From a virus (taxonomy: Duplodnaviria; Caudoviricetes): DNA of 64,000 nt. This document shows positions 62,501 through 64,000 of the stretch, piece by piece (the first letter of the stretch is position 1; each line of letters begins with the position of its first letter). The stretch covers positions 17,435-81,434 of IMG/VR virus record IMGVR_UViG_3300037454_000078; one strand, given 5' to 3'. The translations under genes were made by a program, and so were the position numbers. The notes beneath the pieces are model-generated. The model ran no database searches. It was given only the letters and a program-made list of their open reading frames with translations, and was not told the origin of the DNA.

Positions 62501-64000
62501 CGCTGAAGGCATAACTCGGCTTCGTAGCCGCCTTCGCCCATGCCGAAATGTCATCAGTGTCAAGGACGACCTTTCCATTTGAGTACAGTTTGTTGTCAGT
62601 GCCGATATATACGTTCACGTTACTGTACGTGACGGGGTTCGCGCTCTGCTCCATAGCGCCTACGAGGAACAACTTCGTCGCTGCCTTGTTCGTCGTGCCA
62701 GCCGTATTCTTAGTGTTGGCATCTGAAGCCCAATAGGGAACGCCTGAACTGTTCATCTTCAATACCTGTCCGTTTGAGCCTGCGGCAAGGAATGTGGTCG
62801 TCCCTTCGGCTGACTGGTAAGGGATTGAGCCAGCAGCACCTCCAGCGATGTTCGTAGCAGTTCCCACGCCTGGTATGCTGACATACAGATGGTTGTTGGC
62901 ATCCTTCTGTACGGCATAGTTGCTACCGCTTGTGGTATAGCCTGTAAGTATCGCAAGGGCGTTGGAAAGGTAGGAGATGTCTATCCACCTATCGCTGCTT
63001 GCTGTACCCTTTAGCGCATCCCACGTGACATCACCCGTACCGCCACCGCCATCAGAACCCATGCCGAGTGCCGAGATACCACCAAGGGCATAGAAGTTTG
63101 CCGCAACCTCGGTGCTGCCATTAAGTTTATAGACCTTGATAGCATTGTTTACCGAGTCGTAGGCAAGATATATATCACCTATCTTTAAGGTGTTCGCAGA
63201 GTCAATGACTATATCCTTCGCGTTCAACGTACCAGATAGCGTACCACCAGTGAGCAGAAGATACTTGTCGTACTCTGCCCTAAGTATTGATGCTTTCCAG
63301 ACACGGTTTGTCGTGTCCGTGCCTGCCGTCAGGATATCTGCCGTTCCCGCCGAGTAGGTTGTGTTGGTGTCCTTTACTTTCTGGGCTGTGTACGTTACAC
63401 CTGTGACGTGTCCCGCCGCGTCACGCTGCACCTTAACGCCAGTTAGGACTGTGTATTCAGTGTCCTTCGCATAAGCCCCAGCACTTCCGCTGATGCTTGC
63501 CGTTATCTCGGACAGCGCGTCTGCAACTGGGGTGTAGTGCTTTGCGACCTCCGTTACCGTTGTGTCAGTCCAAGGAACGCTCACGTATGCTTTCTGGCTT
63601 GACAGTTTAACGGCGTAGTTTTGCCCGCTTTGGCTATATCCTATCTTTATGCCTCCTAATGCGCTGGATGTGGCTGCTGGCAACGTGTAGTTGTTGAAGT
63701 TTTGACTTACCCACGCCTGCGTCGCGTAACCGTTAAGTGCCGTACTCAACGCGCTTGTCGTCACATAGTCCGACAACGCTCCAGTAAGGTGTGATATGTT
63801 TATGGGGCGGGAATCGGAACCCTCCAACGCATCCCACGTGACATCACCGCCGCCTCCTCCGCCGCCACCAGAGCCCATGCCGAGTGCCGAGATACCACCA
63901 AGGGCATAGAAGTTTGCCGCAACCTCGGTGCTGCCATTAAGTTTATAGACCTTGATAGCATTGTTTACCGAGTCGTAGGCAAGATATATATCACCTATCT
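53544..64000 (-). CDS. Giant mosaic tail fibre with C-terminal peptidase S74-type intramolecular chaperone (5' end outside window)
   Basis: >3480 aa, Gly/Thr/Ser-rich repeats; SDIRYKN...MQYG...RIAELEKENERL C-terminus; frame open to 64000. Confidence 0.9.
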   Translation of the reverse strand, partial: IGDIYLAYDSVNNAIKVYKLNGSTEVAANFYALGGISALGMGSGGGGGGGGDVTWDALEGSDSRPINISHLTGALSDYVTTSALSTALNGYATQAWVSQNFNNYTLPAATSSALGGIKIGYSQSGQNYAVKLSSQKAYVSVPWTDTTVTEVAKHYTPVADALSEITASISGSAGAYAKDTEYTVLTGVKVQRDAAGHVTGVTYTAQKVKDTNTTYSAGTADILTAGTDTTNRVWKASILRAEYDKYLLLTGGTLSGTLNAKDIVIDSANTLKIGDIYLAYDSVNNAIKVYKLNGSTEVAANFYALGGISALGMGSDGGGGTGDVTWDALKGTASSDRWIDISYLSNALAILTGYTTSGSNYAVQKDANNHLYVSIPGVGTATNIAGGAAGSIPYQSAEGTTTFLAAGSNGQVLKMNSSGVPYWASDANTKNTAGTTNKAATKLFLVGAMEQSANPVTYSNVNVYIGTDNKLYSNGKVVLDTDDISAWAKAATKPSYAFSEITGSATASQLPSIEELTNFSTKVYDASASRTKNTVLAAPNGSAGAATFRALVAADIPNLSASKITSGTFDAARIPSLAISKITGLQTALDSKLDIAFFSALFKAYNGNTEVTPNNDTSNVDSIKAMFGFWTQQYISALGQGTDGGGSVDMDTVWNALGNATSEQINISHLTTALNGYATQSWVQQQGYTTNIGTVTQVKVGTTAYNPTNGIVSLPAYPTDYWKTGDSRTKNTVLAAPNGSNGTASFRALVAADIPDLSSTYSTSARVATLEGYFTDGVANNANVATQLRYCYAYDGGMGKTNPYHLAGECTVNGTGSRNTTIVFLVDNFYSDARGILLIQGRVESGASTINTTITYAKWIVKAAGLDVSDFILTTKVTSNSLTCRLYYKITETYRHARFRVLDEGNWAVSVSRWQLFNTSSDTAGDYIFNTIPADETQFVSVDDTCATNATYADNADKLDNHDSSYFAKDSDVTTLQGYFDASGNANSAKKLTTVSKTLWGNTYWTSGGVPTSIGTSSTPAALNYVTNIDSLLYFDTTTSKLGVGTSSPSYKLHIDGTFGVTGAMTLSSTLSVSSTTTTDTLAISNTSATAHISFARGSYNYIQAAVSGGKIGFVTNGKAANTTNNIDLLISDGAVSVKGTLSVSGATTLTGLLTANGNIKTGSSDGAYVQVGGIRLVYDSTNNAIKVVQSDGTTAANFYATGAVSALGMGTDGGGGGQGDVTWDLLKGTASSDRWIDASYIAGTLSSYATQSWVSANFNNYTLPTASSSTKGGVKVGATLSISSEVLNLKATGVTADTYTKVTVDTYGRVTAGNTLSASDIPELSSTYATSARATTLEGYFTSGIAKDAWGLYPIRMASGDDYDTYTDYTIEKGSFVAVNFNSLTSADVTLDDIGKYTILASFGYNLRTMQIKGAAYSDTLKYRRINKVSDGVYNFSEWKTFAFLDSNVASATNLSGGAAGSIPYQSAAGTTAYIAAGTEGQVLKMNGSGVPFWSSDVNTWRNVYVGGSSKVGTGTDTKAINFNAGDGISIAYAAAGTGTGKSGSDNYFNVSITNSGVRSVSISGNYLRVNTNGTDADLTIPYATKATTADKLSVVSKTLFGNTYWTSGGVPTSIGTSSSNASLNYVANLTMSGYIKIGSIYIGEDSEGNLEIYKLSGSTHVAANLYARGAVSALGQGSDGGGGQGDVTWQLLESNDTRPINISHLTGALSGYALTSQIPTDYWKTGDTRTKNTVLAAPNGSNGAATFRALVAADIPNLAASKITSGTFDAARIPDLSSIYSTVSRVTTLEGYFTDEVANSAYGLAQYPETVTSLSTFTHSKDLIYKAFGGGNTIEDKPTGVGAFGVFSFKTAASYYGQIVVSSVGDIYSRSSNSLSGNWKTVAFTTSNVASATKLQTACTISLTGNVTGSVSFDGSADASITTTIGTGVVTNAMLAGSIANSKLVNSSVTVNGTSVSLGSSITTAKWGTARTVTISDSDGTNTKANNSIDGSSDFTLKLPSTIKATLTGNASTATKLAASVTLWGQSFDGTADVSGNLTGVGTISADGNNTITKTTASASYFEATNSMGSIELLMGASGNRGIYNGTSAANGTWVIATNGTNTWMAQGNVGVGISSPTRKLDVLGTIGVRLSSTSEGGNIYSDSNGLHLDSAESAGLYLGYGSSSASSTQGTLGLIFNGTAFKPLNVCTGLFSLGTSSARWNAIYGTTLNIGSTATISGLLTASGNIQTSTNDGAYIKIGNIYLGYDHTNGAIEIYKLSGTTHVAANLYARGAVSALGMGSDSGGGGQGDVTWRALAGSTTEQINISHLTTALAGYATKATTLSGYGITDAYTKTESDGRFLGIREYTLIGASSTNTVSLNTINTAGTYAQYNDASTEYVTDRPTTNKYSFRLEVIKSRNSYYVRQRYQEYNTRKVYERTSDGNGSFASATWYLVQDNLGDYLLSSDISSWAKASTKPSYAFSEITGTATASQVPSIENLTNFSTKVYDASTSRTANYVLAAPNGSSGVATFRKLVSADIPNLAASKITSGTFDAARIPDLSWNKITSDKPTTLSGYGITDAKIASGVITLGSSTITPVTSVSMTVPTGFSVSGTPISKTGTLALTYASGYEGFTTTLKDMVNTLWAMFTREGSGTPSDPYVIKANYGLYTDSFISALGQGSDGGGGGGDVTWDALAAQATSNRTIHLSYITAALTSGGYATQTWVQGQGYLTTYTDTKNTAGTTNKASTKMFLVGATSQGANPQTYSNSNVYIGTDNCLYSNSTKVLTAHQTLYTLSVYGNTTKVLDFKPNANASLYIKSGGDITITNDTTNKYITLSYSHPTNGANTTISAASGKVLGAITVNSLGHVTSVSSKTLAAADIPDISGTYATSSRVTTLEGYFTNGVANKAEQLNTSRTIWGQSFNGTADITGSLYLNNGSYICVKDNPAEGETATDYTALGLSQNNALLLGYGTAAAGYSTNIYGRIINLRYGTARTTGLFINESGNIGIGTSSPSYKLHVNGTFNATGNSNIGGTLSVASAATITGTLTANNHIYLANNKSLYWYNEPASGDAVAYNTIGLNDSNSLFFGYGTAGAGYSTYIYGYNIFFNYGTTRTNGLTLDYNGSLSIANGVYMSNDKAIFWKNNPSSGTAQSYSVLSVDTTNSIHLAYGMSGQGYSTYINGNNVYLRYGTSRTTGLTLDSSGNVTVNNDLTVGTLTNGSMSNATQTIYGKSVYGGGSNPLTTEINNSSLSFKFSGTSVGTIALDSTGSDLCVTAATTRFSGNVYMENGKSLYMESFVSSGTPVDLDCINVSNSNVLSIGRGMYDNTMTTTLYGYYTNIYAKSYIRIFCGTSSQPQVFRISSNGNVRIGTGTPSYKLDVDGDIYATGGVTCLSDIRYKNILCDLPLTVEQVADAPAIRFLWKDNRSEGEQAGTIAQYWQKVLPEVVKDKSGELSMQYGVAAVVATIVTAKKVVDHERRIAELEKENERLRYEVEQLKAA
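63058..64000. repeat. Exact in-frame direct repeat of at least 127 nt (63058-63184 = 63874-64000)
   Basis: Base-by-base identity, offset 816 nt; second copy runs off the window. Confidence 0.9.

Noticed and set aside
51832-64000. Diversity-generating retroelement acting on tail genes
   Set aside because: No reverse transcriptase in the window, and the repeat pairs seen are identical or differ without adenine-specific bias
53544-64000. Invertible (shufflon-type) tail fibre driven by the serine recombinase
   Set aside because: All modules are in one orientation within a single open frame; no inverted cassettes or flanking inverted repeats were noticed

Overview
This 64-kb window is part of a tailed dsDNA phage genome, most likely from a Bacteroidales (Prevotella/Bacteroides-like) host. 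The host inference rests on about ten promoters matching the Bacteroidetes TTTG-N19-21-TAnnTTTG consensus, a DUF3127-type gene and A-rich ribosome-loading leaders. Layout from left to right: (1) the 3' part of a tape-measure/tail operon (+, 1-6.3 kb); (2) a leftward replication block with SSB, an initiator with internal iterons, MazG-like and DUF3127 genes (6.3-11.1 kb); (3) an AT-rich divergent gap (11.2-12.2 kb); (4) a long rightward early/middle arm (12.3-47.7 kb); (5) a leftward arm (47.7-64 kb). The rightward arm holds a candidate large ncRNA, many small early genes, a serine recombinase, three atypical tRNA or tRNA-like genes, an HNH plus two DNA MTases, an exonuclease/annealase pair, an AT-rich cassette-like gene array, dnaN, a RuvC-like resolvase and a NUMOD4-HNH. 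The leftward arm holds a self-contained 6-gene cassette of unknown function and a >3,480-aa mosaic tail fibre with an S74-type chaperone. No capsid, portal, large terminase, lysis, integrase, RT or CRISPR genes were recognised in the window. The most interesting signals are two 5' leaders with twin hairpins whose loops are exactly complementary, an attenuator-like third leader, a ~770-nt ornate non-coding region, the non-canonical tRNAs, and several levels of module shuffling. All annotation is by eye; no database search or folding program was run.
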